Part shown: piece by piece, positions 12,101 to 25,900 of the stretch
Position numbering within the stretch: the first letter of the stretch is position 1
Layout: each line of letters begins with the position of its first letter
NCBI GenBank assembly: GCA_038087875.1
Contig: CM075988.1
Location: 1,178,001-1,242,000 of the forward strand
Direction: 5' to 3'
Source: Malacoraja senta
Lineage: Eukaryota
DNA length: 64,000 nt
Position numbers and translations under genes: made by a program
The notes under the pieces: generated by a model
What the model was told of the DNA's origin: nothing
Database searches by the model: none
What the model saw: only the letters and a program-made list of their open reading frames with translations

Positions 12101-15100
12101 AGGGACAATTTACAATATTTACTGAAGACAATTAACCAACAATTTGCTTTATTCTGGTGACTTTGCACCTTGTCGCATCAAGCTGGAGAACGCTGCATCA
12201 TTGAGCAGCCACACAGATCTGCGGGAAGAGAATGTTTCAGGTCAAACCTACAAACCTCCACATCTTTGGAGGGTGGGAGGAAACCGGGGCACCCGGAGAA
12301 AACCCACGCTGTCACAGGGAGAACGTACAAACTCCGAACCCGGGTGTCTGGCGCCATGAGAAAACAACGCTGCCGCTGCTCCAACTCTGCCGCCCAAGCG
12401 GGGCAGTACCGGGGTGTGGGGTGTGAGCATGTGATGGAGGGAGTGTGGCAGAGGTGGAGAGGCAGGCTGAGGGCAAGGATGCACCATAGGTATGTCAGCC
12501 AGAGAGATGGGCAGAGGCAGTGAGGAGAGGTAGTGAGGTACAACAAGAGCCTGAGGAACTGCATCACTGGAGGAGTGAGCACCAGTTGCATTCTATTGGT
12601 GCATCCACCGTTCCGTCCCCACCCTTTCACTCTCTGATTTCCCTCCGCCGCCTAGTCCGTTCCTCCCACAACCTACCGCTCCTCCAGATTCTCCGCTGCT
12701 ACTTACGTTTACTTGCATCGTAAGGCTCAAACGTGGCAAAAAATCCTCGGTAGGACTCTGCCCCATCGGAGCGGAACTTAATGGTCATCTCGCTGCCTTT
12801 TGACAGCTCCACGATTGGCGGCTGCTCACCACAGATCCTGAAACACAAGCGTGGAGTGGTTGGTAAATCAAAAGAATGACTTTGATGTCACACTTGGACC
12901 TCCCTCAAATGTGCTGCTGTTCGTTCAGAAGCCTCCAATGTGCCGCTGTATGTCCAGTGACAGAGAGGTCTTCACACCACGTAGAAACATGAATGAACAT
13001 GCAAAGAACTGCATATGTTGCAGACTTCAGCAACACATAAAGTGCTGGAGGAATTCAGCAGGTCAGGCGGCATCTGTGGAGGGAATCGATAGGCGATATT
13101 TCAGTTCGGGACCCTTCCTCAGACATGTCCTATGATTTGGAAAACAATTCTGGAATGTGTGCGTGTGTGAGGTGAACAGTTAACAATTGCACTGTTTAGT
13201 GTGTCCAACCTTCCTTGATCCGAGACACCATGAATCATCCATCACTCCTCGTTACTGAAGAAACACAGGGAGAGCACTGGAGACCATGGATGGCCAACTG
13301 GTGGCATGGTGACACAGTGGAAGAGCTGCTTCCTTACAGCGCAAAAGACCAGGGTTCATACCCGACTACAGGTGCTGTCTGTATGGAGTTTGTATGTTTT
13401 CCCCGTGACCTGCATGGGTTTTCTCTGGGATCTCCAGTTTCCTCCCACACTCCAAAGACATACAGGTTTGCAGGTTAATAGGCTTGGTATAATTGTAAAT
13501 TGTCCCTAGTGTGTGTAAGATAGCGTTACTGTGCACGGACTTGGTGGGCCGAAGGGCCAGCTTCTGCACTTTAAACTAAACTAAACTGACCCTCAGAAAT
13601 CGAAATCACCCGATACACAAAGAGCTGGCATGGCTGAAACGAATGAAGATGAGAAACTGCGGATGGTAGAAGTTTGAAATAATGGCAGCAAACGCAGTTT
13701 TGCGAGGTGCTATAGCACAGCATGGACAAGTAGTGACAATACATGGGGAGATGGTACACTCTGCTGCCCTCTGCAGGTGCTGGAGGGAACCCGTGTTACT
13801 GGTGGTTGATTGGGTGACCAACAAGTGCCTGCTTTGTCCCGGATGGTTAAAAGCTTCTCGAGAGACCTTGGTGCTTCACATATCTGGAAAACCAAAGAAT
13901 ATTCCTTCATCCTTTTGCTTTTTGTGGGCAAGAATTACTTGGGCAATTTTCTAAAGCGTGGGATAGAGATCAGCATAATTATCAGAATCGTGGGAGGTAG
14001 GTGCCCCTTGTTTTGATCCCATCTGCCATCTCCTATAACCCTCCATGCTATGTGATCTTGCCCACACACTTAACCCCCACCCCACCCCCTCCCTCCCCCC
14101 GCCCCCCCACCAGCAGGGCTGCCAACATTCGGTGAGAGTTTGGAGTGAGAAATTGCGAAAGCAAGCCCTACGGAGTGTAGGGATTGAGTGGGGGGAGAGG
14201 ATGTAGGAGTGGGGGGGGGGGTGTGGGGGTGGGGGTGGGGGGGAGGTGTGGGAGGGGGGACCCCTCCCATGGTACAGAGCTTTTGCATTTTCAGCTTGAA
14301 ATTGTGCAATCTGGTGCATTCTGTAGTGAGCCTTTTAACTTACACTTGAATGCAATATTTATGCTTTAAATTGGATTAGCTATGAGTAAGGTTAGGCTAA
14401 ATTACATTCCTAATTACATTCCACAGTAGAGCCAGGCTCTGATCAACAGGTGCAGCACATGGATGATCTAAGTGTATTCATGTATGGAAATCAGATTATA
14501 ATCAAACACTTGGCCCATCTTGACCAACCTGCATCTCACTGCACACCTGGTACCTTTCCTGACCCTGAGTACAGCCTTACACCTGGCCCCCTATTGTACT
14601 CTCATAGCTGTTTACCTGCTTAGATTCCCAGTGCTGAACACTCCCATTGTCCCAGCTTTGACTGCACACCTAGTACTATTCCAGACCTTGACTCTGGATG
14701 CACACTTGGCCTTGCTCCTAGCCCCTCTGCACTGACAATATATCTGGCCCACACATAAAGCCCCATATCTGACCCCCTGGACTTAACCTATTACATTCAA
14801 GTCCACAGGTGCTTATCTAATGCGGTAATCCTTTATGGGGCACTTCACAGACCAAATTTTGTATAACAAAATTTGCTGCATCCATTGGCTTCCTTGTTAT
14901 CTAACATGCTAGTTACTTTGTCAAAGACGTCATCAATTGGTTGAACACAATTGGTTCTCATCCATAAAATTATACTCACTCAACTGTATAAGAATTCTGT
15001 TACCATTTCCTTCATTTTCCTAACAAACTGTCCTGACGTCATTTTCACCCCCAATAATTTCAGTATTTTGCTGTATTCCTCTCAGCTGGGACTTTTCCAA

Positions 15101-18100
15101 AATGCAAAGTCCAATAACTATATATTTAAGCAATATTATTCTATTATATGTGATCTTGAGAGTGCATAATGTTTTCGGTAACACAACAATGTAAAAAATA
15201 TCTTTGTATTGATTGCACCTACCAACGTGCATACATTATTATATTACAGTTAATATGTACCGAGTCCAAATATTTGTTCCAATGCTCCCCATTCCCAATT
15301 ACTTTTACACTGAAGTGATTGAAATCCAAGTGAAGTTTAAATGGCATCAGAAAAATAAAACCTCCGGAATGGATGATATTCATTACGTGGCTGGTTGGAG
15401 TCAGTATCAGCACAATTACTATATTAAACTTTGAATCTTCAGATGTCGTGGTTCAAGCTAAAACTAAAGACAAATAATAACCTCCTCACACATTCCCTTG
15501 CAAGTATCTCTGTCACTCCTTTAAAATATGCCCCTTCTTTGAACAAGTCTTAAACATCGTATCTGAATCAGTTTCCATCTGATTACACTCCTTGAGGATG
15601 TTCATCTAGATGTTCAATTAATAAAACAGCGAGATTGGGGACATTTCTATTCAACCTGTCAAAGGAATTTGGGGGGGGGGTGGGTGGTTTAGAAATAGTC
15701 AGTGAGGTAAACAAACATAATAGTTGAGTGGCAAATGACAATAGTGCTACCATCCCAATATTTAACTGAAGGAAATAATGGGTTATCGGGGCTGTATGTT
15801 GTGACAGACAGCCTGACACCTTGCATGTCATTTTAATATTACTCATCCCATCCCCCTGGATATTCTGGATTAATAAATTAAGGTTTTATCAACTAATTAC
15901 AAATCAGGCTAATTAAAAATCAATAACATTAGCCAACTCCGAAACATGAAGCGTTGAGCATTGGGATCCAGACATCATGGACAACTGGCCTCAGTTCCCC
16001 GTTCACATCTGGCAGTACTCTCTGTCTGAAACAGGGACCACTTTTGAAAGTAGGGAGGCTGAGCGATCACTGATCACTGGCCTTGGGGATACCCGGCGAG
16101 GGAGTGGAGCAACCGAGTGGAGGGAGGGTGTGGGAAAGGGGGGTCCGCGGTAGGGACTTTTTAAAATTTGATGTATTAAAATCATGTTTTAGTGCATTGT
16201 AGAAGTATGATTTCAATGTTTTTTGGTTGAAGAATTTTTAAGAGGTAACTCCCACTATGTTCTTTTACAATAGTCTGTCATAAACATGAATGTTTTATGT
16301 GTCATTCCTAACTGTCACTGTATGTCATGTTGTCACTTGTGGGCAGAGCATCAAGGCAAATTCCTTGTATGTGAATACTTGGAATACTATGAAAGTAAGC
16401 ATGCAGGTACAGCAGGCAGTGAAGAAAGCGAATGGCATGTTGGCCTTTATAACAAGAGAAATCGAATATAGGAGCAAAGAGGTCCTTTTGCAGTTGTATA
16501 GAGCCCTAGTGAGACCACACCTGGAGTATTGTGTGCAGTTTGAGGAAGGACATTCTTGCTATTGAGGGAGTGCAGCATAGGTTTACAAGGTTAATTCCCG
16601 GGATGGCGGGACTGTCATATGCTGAGAGAATGGAGCAGCTGGGCTTGTGCACTCTGGAGTTTAGAAGGATAAGAGGGGATCTCATTGAAACATATAAGAT
16701 TGTTAAGGGCTTGGACGCACTAGAGGCAGGAAACATGTTCCCGATGTTGGGGAAGTCCAGAACCAGGGGCCACAGTTTAAGACTAAGGAGTAAGCCATTT
16801 AGAACGGAGACGAGGAAACACTTTTTCTCACAGAGAGTGGTGAGTCTGTGGAATTCTCTGCCTTAGAGGGTGGAGACAGGTTCTCTGGATGCTTTCAAGG
16901 GAAAGCTAGATAGGGCTCTTAAAAATAGTCAGGGGATATGGGGAGAAGGCAGGAACGGGGTACTGATTGGCGATGATCAGCCATGATCACATTGAATGGA
17001 GGGCCAAATGGCCTGCTCCTGCATCTATTGTCTAATAAACTTATTAATTCAAAGAAAGTTAGACACAAAATGCTGGAGTAACTCAGCGGGTCAGGCAGCA
17101 TCTATGGAGAAAAGGAACAGGTGACATTTCGGCTCAGGAAGTTGTTTATTAACAGCCAGTGCCAATGTCTGTACAAATATGTGAACATATAGTGGATTAT
17201 ACAGGGTTTACCTTCTGGTTGACAAGATGGGAACCAACAACCAACAACAGAGGGATCTAGGAATAACTGTGCATAGTTCCCTGAAGGTGGAATCTCATGT
17301 AGATAGGGTGGTAAAGAAAGCTTTTGGGGTGCTGGCCTTTATAAATCAGAGCATTGAATATAGAAGTTGGGATGTAATGTTAAAATTGTACAAGGCATTG
17401 GTGAAGCCAATTCTGGAGTATGGAGTACAATTTTGGTTGCCTAATTATAGGAAGGATGTCAACAAAATAGAGAGAGTACAGAGGAGATTTACTAGAATGT
17501 TGCCTGGGTTTCAGCAACTAAGTTACAGAGAAAGGTTGAACAAGTTAGGTCTTTATTCTTTGGTGCGCAGAAGGTTAAGAGGGGACTTGATAGAGGTCTT
17601 TAAAATTATGAGCGGGTTAGACAGAGTTGACGTGGATAAGCTTTTTCCATTGAGAGTAGGGAAGATTCAAACAAGGGGACATGACTTGAGAATTAAGGGA
17701 CAGAAGTTTAGGGGGAACATTAGGGGGAACTTCTTTACTCAGAGAGTGGTAGCTGTGTGGAATGAGCTTCCAGTGGAAGTGGTGGAGGCTGGTTCGATTT
17801 TATCCTTTAAAAATAGATTGGATGGGTATATGGACGGGAAAGGAATGGAGGGTTATGGTCTGAGTGCAGGTAGATGGGACTAGGGGGAAGTATTTATTTT
17901 AAAAATAAATAAATAATAAAATAAAAAAATTAAAATGTTCGGCACGGACTTGAAGGGCCGAGATGGCCTGTTTCCGTGCTGTAATGGTTATATGGTTATA
18001 TGGTTATATGTTTGTTGCTAAATGTAATTCATAGCATTTAGTTTTCGCCTGTCCTTACGTTAGAAAAATAAAAAATAATTTATTTCTCATCTTACACTCA

Positions 18101-21100
18101 CAATGACAAGTCATCACCTCCAGTGCGTGGTATTTATAGAAACGTACAAAATTCTTATGGGGTTGGACAGGCTAGATGCAGGAAGATTGTTCCCGATGTT
18201 GGGGAAGTCCAGGACAAGGGGTCACAGCTTAAGGATAAGGGGGAAATCCTTTAAGACCGAGATGAGGAAAAACTTTTTCACACAGAGAGTGGTGAATCTC
18301 TGGAACTCTCTGCCACAGAGGGTAGTTGAGGCCAGTTCATTGGCTATATTTAAGAGGGAGTTAGATGTGGCCCTTGTGGCTAAAGGGATCAGGGAGTATG
18401 GAGAGAAGGCAGGTACGGGATACTGAGTTGGATGATCAGCCATGATCATATTGAATGGCGGTGCAGGCTCGAAGGGCCGAATGGCCTACTCCTGCACCTA
18501 TTTTCTATGTATCTATGTATCTATGTATTTGGTCCAGTGCTGCCCTCGGCTGGTCATGGCAGATAAGCCATAAGCAGACAGAGCAAAAACTTTCAAAACT
18601 GATCGGTGTGCAGTGTGATAATGCTCCCTACCAATGTTAACAGGGTGATTCTCAAGAGTGAGTAACTTCTCTTGGGTGGCGCAGCGGCAGAGTTGCTGAC
18701 TCACAGCGCCAAAGACCCGGGTTTGATCCTGACTATGGGTGCTGTCTGTACGGAGTTTGTATCATGTATCAAATATCATTTGTGGAATTCCCTGCCACAG
18801 AGGGCAGTGGAGACAAAGTCACTAGATGGATTTAAGAGAGAGTTAGATAGAGCTCTAGGGGATAGTGGAATCAAGGGATATGGGGAGAAGGCAGGCACGG
18901 GTTATTGATTGGGGACGATCAGCCATGATCACAATGAATGGCGGTGCTGGCTCGAAGGGCCGAATGGCCTCCTCCTGCACCTATTTTCTATGTTTCTATA
19001 TACGTTCTCCCCGTGACCTGTGTGGGTTTTCTCCGGGTGCTCCAGTTTCCTCGCACATTCCAAAGGCGTACAGGTTTGCACGTTAATTGGCTTGGTAAAA
19101 TTGTAAATTGCTCCTAATGTATGTAGGATAGTGCTAGTGTGCAGGCATCGCTGGTCAGCACGGACTCTGTGGGCCGAAGGGTCTGTCTTTGCACTGTATC
19201 TCTAAACTCTCCAAATGGCAGGGCAATAAAGAGCCAAATATCATTAGGAAATATAAAATAATAAATATGAGAATAACATGGATAGGTCAGAAGTCCAATC
19301 AATATCCCAGTGCTCTGCGTGTACATACACTATCTGCAAGACAGAGCCATGAATTGAAGGGTCCTGACCCAAAATGTCATGTCCATTCCCACCATAGATG
19401 TTGCCCGACCCACTGAGTTCTTCCAGCACTGTGTGTTTTGGGGCCACCCACCGAGTCTCTTGCCACACAGATGGTCACCAGTCAATTTACATCAGATGCT
19501 GCTCGTGCTTCACATTGACTCCATTACATACAGTAGATATTAATCTTTACATGAATGGATTTTGCCCATCTACACTCATCACATTTGTTTGCACTTGGCC
19601 TAAATATTTCTACGCCTTTCATATTTAAGTATCAGTCTAAATGCCACTCAAACATGGAGATGGAAGTTGATTGATCTCAAACATCAGGGCTCTCACAACA
19701 TTTTTTCTCTGTTGTCAGCCGGGCAACCTTGGCAGCTTTTTAGGTTGCCAAATGACAGTTTAGGTGGTCAGTTAAGACGGTTTGCATGACGCGTGCGATA
19801 ATGTGCTTGGACGAAGTGCGTAGTTACCAGTCGGAATTATGCTCAATGAAGCATTCACATATTATTTCTGCTTCAAATAAAGTTAAACTAAACATATTCA
19901 CCAATCAAGATGATATATACCACAATGACATGAAGCAAAATTATAATACAGTATCTCACCTCTTTTTACACGTTGCAATGAATGCAATTTCTATTATTTC
20001 TTTCCACTTCCAAACAAAAATCTGGTTGGATTATTCAGCGTATGATCAACCTCGGGGAGACCAAGGGCAGGCTTGGCGATCGCTTCGCACAACACCTTCA
20101 CTCAGTTCGCAATAACCAACCTGATCTCCCGGTGGCTCAACACTTCAACTACCCCTCCCATTCCGAATCTGACCTTTCTGTCCTGGGCCTCCTCCATGGC
20201 CAGAGGCCCACCGCAAATTGGAGGAAGAGCACCTCATATTTTGCTTGGGAAGTTTACACCCCAGCGGTATGAACATTGGCTTCTCCAATTTCAGGCAGCC
20301 CTTGCTTTCTCCTTCCTTCCCCTCCCATTCGCAGCTCACCCACAGCCTACTGTCTCCGCCTCTTCCTTTCTTTTTCCGGCCCCCCCCCCCGACATCAGTC
20401 TCAAGAAGGGTTTCAACCCGAAACATCGCCTATTCCTTCGCTCCATAGATGCTGCCTTACCCGCTGATTTTCTCCAGATTTTTTGTCTACCAATGGGATC
20501 CCACCACTGGCCACATCTTCCCATCTCCTCCCGTCGGCTTTTCCGCAGAGACCGTTCCCTCTGTAACTCCCTGGTCAATTCATCATTTCCCACACAAACC
20601 ACCCCCTCTCCGGGCACTTTCCCTTGCAACTGCAGTAAATGCTACACTTGTTGCTTTACCTCCCCCCTTTACTCCATTCAAGGTTCCAAGCAGTCTTTCT
20701 AGGTACGGCAGAGGTTCACCTGCACCTCCTCCAACCTCATCTGTTGCTTCTGCTGCTCTAGGTGTCCGCTGCTGTACATCGGTGAGACCAAGCATAGGCT
20801 TGGCGATCGCTTCGCCCAACACCTCTGCTCGGTTCACAATAACCAACCTGATCTCCCAGTGGCTCAGCACTTCAACTCCCCCTCCCATTCCGAATCTGAC
20901 CTTTCTGTCCTGGGCCTCCTCCATGGCCAGAGTGTGGTCCACCGTAAATTGGAGGAGCAGCACTTCATATTTCGCTTGGGTAGTTTCAGGTACTCCCTGC
21001 TTTCTCCTCCCCTTCCCAGCTCTCCCTCAGCCCACTGTCTCCGCCTCTTCCTTTCTTCTACCCGTCCCCCCTCCCCACCCTCACATCAGTGTGAAGAAGG

Positions 21101-22279
21101 GTCTTGAGCCGAAACGTCGCCTATTTCCTTCACTCCATAGATGCTGCCTCACCCTCTGAGTTTCTCCAGCATTTTTGTCTACCCATTCACACAAGTTCTG
21201 TTATCCCACTTTGCTCACCCACTCCCTAGACATTAAGGGCAATTTTACAGAGACAAGTTAACAAACAAAGCCAATGCGTCTTTGGGATGTGGAAGGAAAC
21301 CCACACGCGTGCAGGGAGAATGTGCAAATTCAACACAGACAGTGCCCGAGGACAGGATCGAACACGGATCTCTGGCGTGTGAGGCAGCAAGTCTACCAGC
21401 TGTGCCACTATATTTTGTTTTCCAACACACAAAAAATTATACATTGATAACTTTGGTTACTAAAAACAAGAAACTATCCATTTTTAGTCTTAAATCTCTA
21501 AGTGATGCTATGTCCCCCTTTACAGCTACTGTATGTTTTAATTCAGTTCAAGACTATGGGGCAGTACATTAGCCAGAAAGTTGCTACCTAAAAGTGCCAG
21601 AGACCCGGAATTGATCCTGAATATGGGTGCTGTCTGTATGGAGTTTGCTCCTTTTCCCTTTGAAAAGGTTTGCAGGAACCTTTTTCAGACTCAACCCAAA
21701 ACGTAATATTTTCCTTTTGTCCCGAGATTCTATCTGACCTGTTGAGTTACTCCAGCTTTCTGTGTCTATCTTCAGTTTAAACCAGCATCTGCAGTTCCTT
21801 CCTACGCATACGATACTATACGATAGAACTTTATTAATCCCAGGAGGGAAATAGTATGTGTGTGTGTGTATATTATATCTATCTATCTATATTTAAAACT
21901 CTGTGTGTGTGTGTTTCTGCTTGTCTTGTGGGTGCCAGCCAGCCTTTGATTCGTTGCTACGCCAACACCACACGCAGGAACGCCGAGATTTTTTCCATTT
22001 CGGTAGAGATTTCACTTTTCATTCCAAGTATCCACTCCTGATTAAATTTCGTCGTGTTTATGTACACATTTTAAATAAAATCCTTCACCCCCCCCCCCCC
22101 CCACTCACTCATTTTGTCTCCTCCTGCTCGCCAGCCACCATAACGGCTGCTGCTGCCGCCCGGCTCTGCTCCAAAAACGCCGCCAATTTTTTTCTTTAGC
22201 TGAAGCACGTTCGGGAACCAGACCCCGGGGTCTGAAGCACGTTCGGGGTCCAGACCCAATGGGTCTGCTCTTGGTCTAG

Positions 22280-22359
<80 letters not shown>

Positions 22360-22863
22360 TATATATATATATATACATATATATACATATAATATAACCA
22401 TATAACCATAACAGCACGGAAACAGGCCATCTCGGCCCTTCAAGTCCGTGTCGAACATTTTTTTAAATTTTTTTAAAAATTAAAAATAAATACTTCCCCC
22501 TACTCCCATCTACCTGCACTCAGACCATAACCCTCCATTCCTTTCCCGTCCATATACCCATCCAATCTATTTTTAAAGGATAACATCGAACCTGCCTCCA
22601 CCACTTCCACTGGAAGCTCATTCCACACAGCTACCACTCTCTGAGTAAAGAAGTTCCCCCTAATGTTCCCCCTAAACTTCTGTCCCTTAATTCTCAAGAC
22701 ATGTCCCCTTGTTTGAATCTTCCCTACTCTCAATGGGAAAAGCTTATCCACGTCCACTCTGTCTAACCCGCTCATAATTTTAAAGACCTCTATCAAGTCC
22801 CCTCTTAACCTTCTGTGCTCCAAAGAATAAAGACCTAACTTGTTCAACCTTTCTCTGTAACTT

Positions 22864-22929
<66 letters not shown>

Positions 22930-25900
22930 TTATTTATATATATATATAGTTATATAGTTATATATTCATATATAAATAAACACTGTTTTGTTTTCTCGTT
23001 TATAACATTGTTTACAGAGTACTATGTTTACATATTCTGTGCTGCTGCAAGTAAGGATATCATTGTTCTAACTGGGACGTAAGAGACTTACGTCGCTAAT
23101 GTGTGGGATAGAACTAGTGTACGGGTGATCGGTGGTTGGCGAGGACTCGGTGGGCCGAACGGCCTGTTTCCACGCTGTATCTTTAAATTAAACTAAAAAC
23201 ACCAAAACCAGAGGGAGTCTAAAGAAGGGTCTCTACCCGAAACCTCACCCAATTATTTCTATCCAGAGTTGCTGGCTGCTCCACGGAGTTCCCCCGCACA
23301 ATTAAAGCATGGAATAGTCTTCACCCTACCATAGTTACCCAACCAGATGCAACTAAATTTAAGGTAGCTCTTTTTTCCCCCAAGGACCCTTTTTTGCTTA
23401 AGTCCAAGTCAAGAGTCAAGAGAGTTTTATTGTCACGTGTCCCAGATAGGACAATGACATTCTTGCTTGCTGCAGCACAACAGAATATGTAAACATAATA
23501 CAGAACAGGAGATAAAAGTTCAGTGTGTTTATATACCATAGACCATATATATACACAATAAATAAACAGATAAAATGCAATAGGATGTTATTGTTCAGAG
23601 TTTGCAGTTTGGTGATGGACCCTCCACCACCTCCAGTTTAAATTCCATTTAGAATATTTTTGGAGGACCAGGAAACCAAGAAGCAAGAGTTACTCCAGGA
23701 AGTTCCTCCAGCTCTACGGAGTGATTCTGTGTTGGTTTTCAGCGGTCGCAGCGAGACGGCGATCGGACAGCAATGGCGGCCAGATCTCCCACAATGCAAA
23801 GGGAGAGAGAATGTGCCCGGCGCCGACCAGTTGCCGTGGCAGTGCGCATGTTCAGGACGGCCGATGATGTGCTGGCCGTGGTTGTGCACATGTGCAGGGG
23901 GGGGATGTGCTGGCCGTGGCAGTGCGCATGTGCAAGGCGGCCGGCCGTGCCGGTGGATGAGGAGCGGTGGAGAGTGGAGAACCTGCGGCCCAGACACGGA
24001 TACGGATGGCGGGCGGAGACAGAGAGTGAGAGAGAGAGTGAGATAGAGAGGGGGCCCGCTCAGAGTTACACAACTTTTAGGTTGCCCGGCAGGACGTTAG
24101 GTGGCCATTGGCACCCGGGCAGCCGTTAATTTCGAGCTCTGAACATGGAGATGGAATATGGGTTCCAGGCATCAACCATTCTGTGGAATAAACATTTAGC
24201 CCTTGCATCCCCTCCCTCTAATGTTGGTAGGTTTTAGATGTAGTTTAGTTTATTATGTCCCGTGTATCAAGGCAGAGTGAGTAAAATGTGTTTTGTTGCC
24301 ATCTTGGTCAGTATAAACTCACCTTCACATGTTGGCACGTTTTAGAATCTGGAAACAATGGATGAGAATGTGGAAAATAAAAATATGAGATAAATGTAAA
24401 ATAAGTATGGATGGTCAACATGGACATGATGGGCCGAAGGAGCTGTTTCCATGTTGCATCTTCAGTGGAGCAACATGGATTTACGAAAGGGAAATCATGC
24501 TTAACTAATCTTCTGGACTTTTTTGAGGATGTAACTAGGAAATGGACAGACAGTGGATCTAGTGTACCTAGACTTGCAGAAAGCATTCAATAAGGTCCCA
24601 CATAGGAGATTAGTGGGCAAAATTAGAGCACATGGTATTGGGAGTAGAGTACTGACATGGATAGAAAATTGGTTGGCAGACAGGAAACAAAGAGTAGGGA
24701 TTAACGGGTCCCTTTCAGAATGGCAGGCATTGACTAGTGGGCTACCACAAGGCTCAGTGCTGGGACCGCAGCTATTTACAATACACATTAATGATTTAGA
24801 TGAAGGGATTAAAGTAACATTAGCAAATTTGCAGATGACACAAAGCTGGGTGGCACTGTGATCTGTGAGGAGGATGCTATGAGAATGCAGGGTGACTTGG
24901 ACAGGTTGGGTGAGTGGGCAGATGTATGGCAGATGCAGTTTAATGTGGATAAATGTGAGGTTATCCACTTTGTTAACAAAAACAGGAAGGCAGATTATTA
25001 TCTGAATGGTGTCAAGTTGGGAAAAGGGGAAGTACAATGAGATCCAGGGGTCCTTGTTCATTGGACAGTCACTGAAAGTAAGCATGCAGGTACAGCAGGT
25101 AGTGAAGAAAGCGAATGGCATGTTGGCCTTCATAACAAGAGGTTGAGAATAGGAGCAAAGAGGTCCTTCTGCAGGTGCACAGGGCCCTAGTGAGACCACA
25201 CCTGGAGTATTGTGTGCAGTTTTGGTCTCCAAATTTGAGGAAGGACATTCTTGCTATTGAGGGAGTTCACAAGGTTAATTCCCGGGATGACGGGACATCC
25301 ATATGTTGATAGAATGGTGCGTTGCGCTTGTATTCTCCAGAATTTAGAAGGATGAGAGGTTATCTTATTGAAACAAATAGATTATTAAGGGTTTGGACAC
25401 GCTAGAGGCAGGAAACATGTTCCCGATGTTGGGAGAGTCCAGAACCAGGGGCCACAGTTTAAGAATAATGGGCCTGCCCCACTTAGGTGACTTTTTAGGC
25501 GAATGCAGGAGATTCTGCGCTTGCCACATGATTGCCACATGTGCTCTGGTGGTATCTGGTGAGTCTCCTTCATGGTCACAAGGAGTTCCTGCATTCTGGG
25601 GACTATTTGCGGCCTCAGTTTGGTCGACCGCAAATTTTTTAACATGTTGAAACATTTTCTGCGACCAAAAATTGGTCGCCATGGAGATAATCGATAATCC
25701 TGTAGTCGCAGGTGCAGTTGTGGTGGGGTTGCCATGTAGTTGTAGGTAGTTTTAGTTAATCGTCTTTGCTGACCGGTGAATTCCATTGGCTCATTGGGGA
25801 AAAAAACGTAAGCAGGAGATTTCAGAACCAAGGTTAATTGACCGGTAATGCTAAATGTCCGCCGAACTTCACAGCTGTGGCTTCTTAAAAGTTGTCTCCA

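Larger units (their letters stand above)
19685..24141. mobile_element. hAT-like non-autonomous DNA transposon split by ~3.5 kb of nested insertions (halves ~19685-20055 and ~23610-24141)
   Basis: Ends cagggctc...gagctctg; shared subterminal ttttaggttgcc, ttaggtgg and ccgggca.cc motifs; aacat on both flanks. Confidence 0.6.

Noticed and set aside
11703..12168. CRISPR-like array or repeat-protein ORFs
   Set aside because: Head-to-tail tandem units with no unique spacers, inside a SINE in a vertebrate intron; no cas genes
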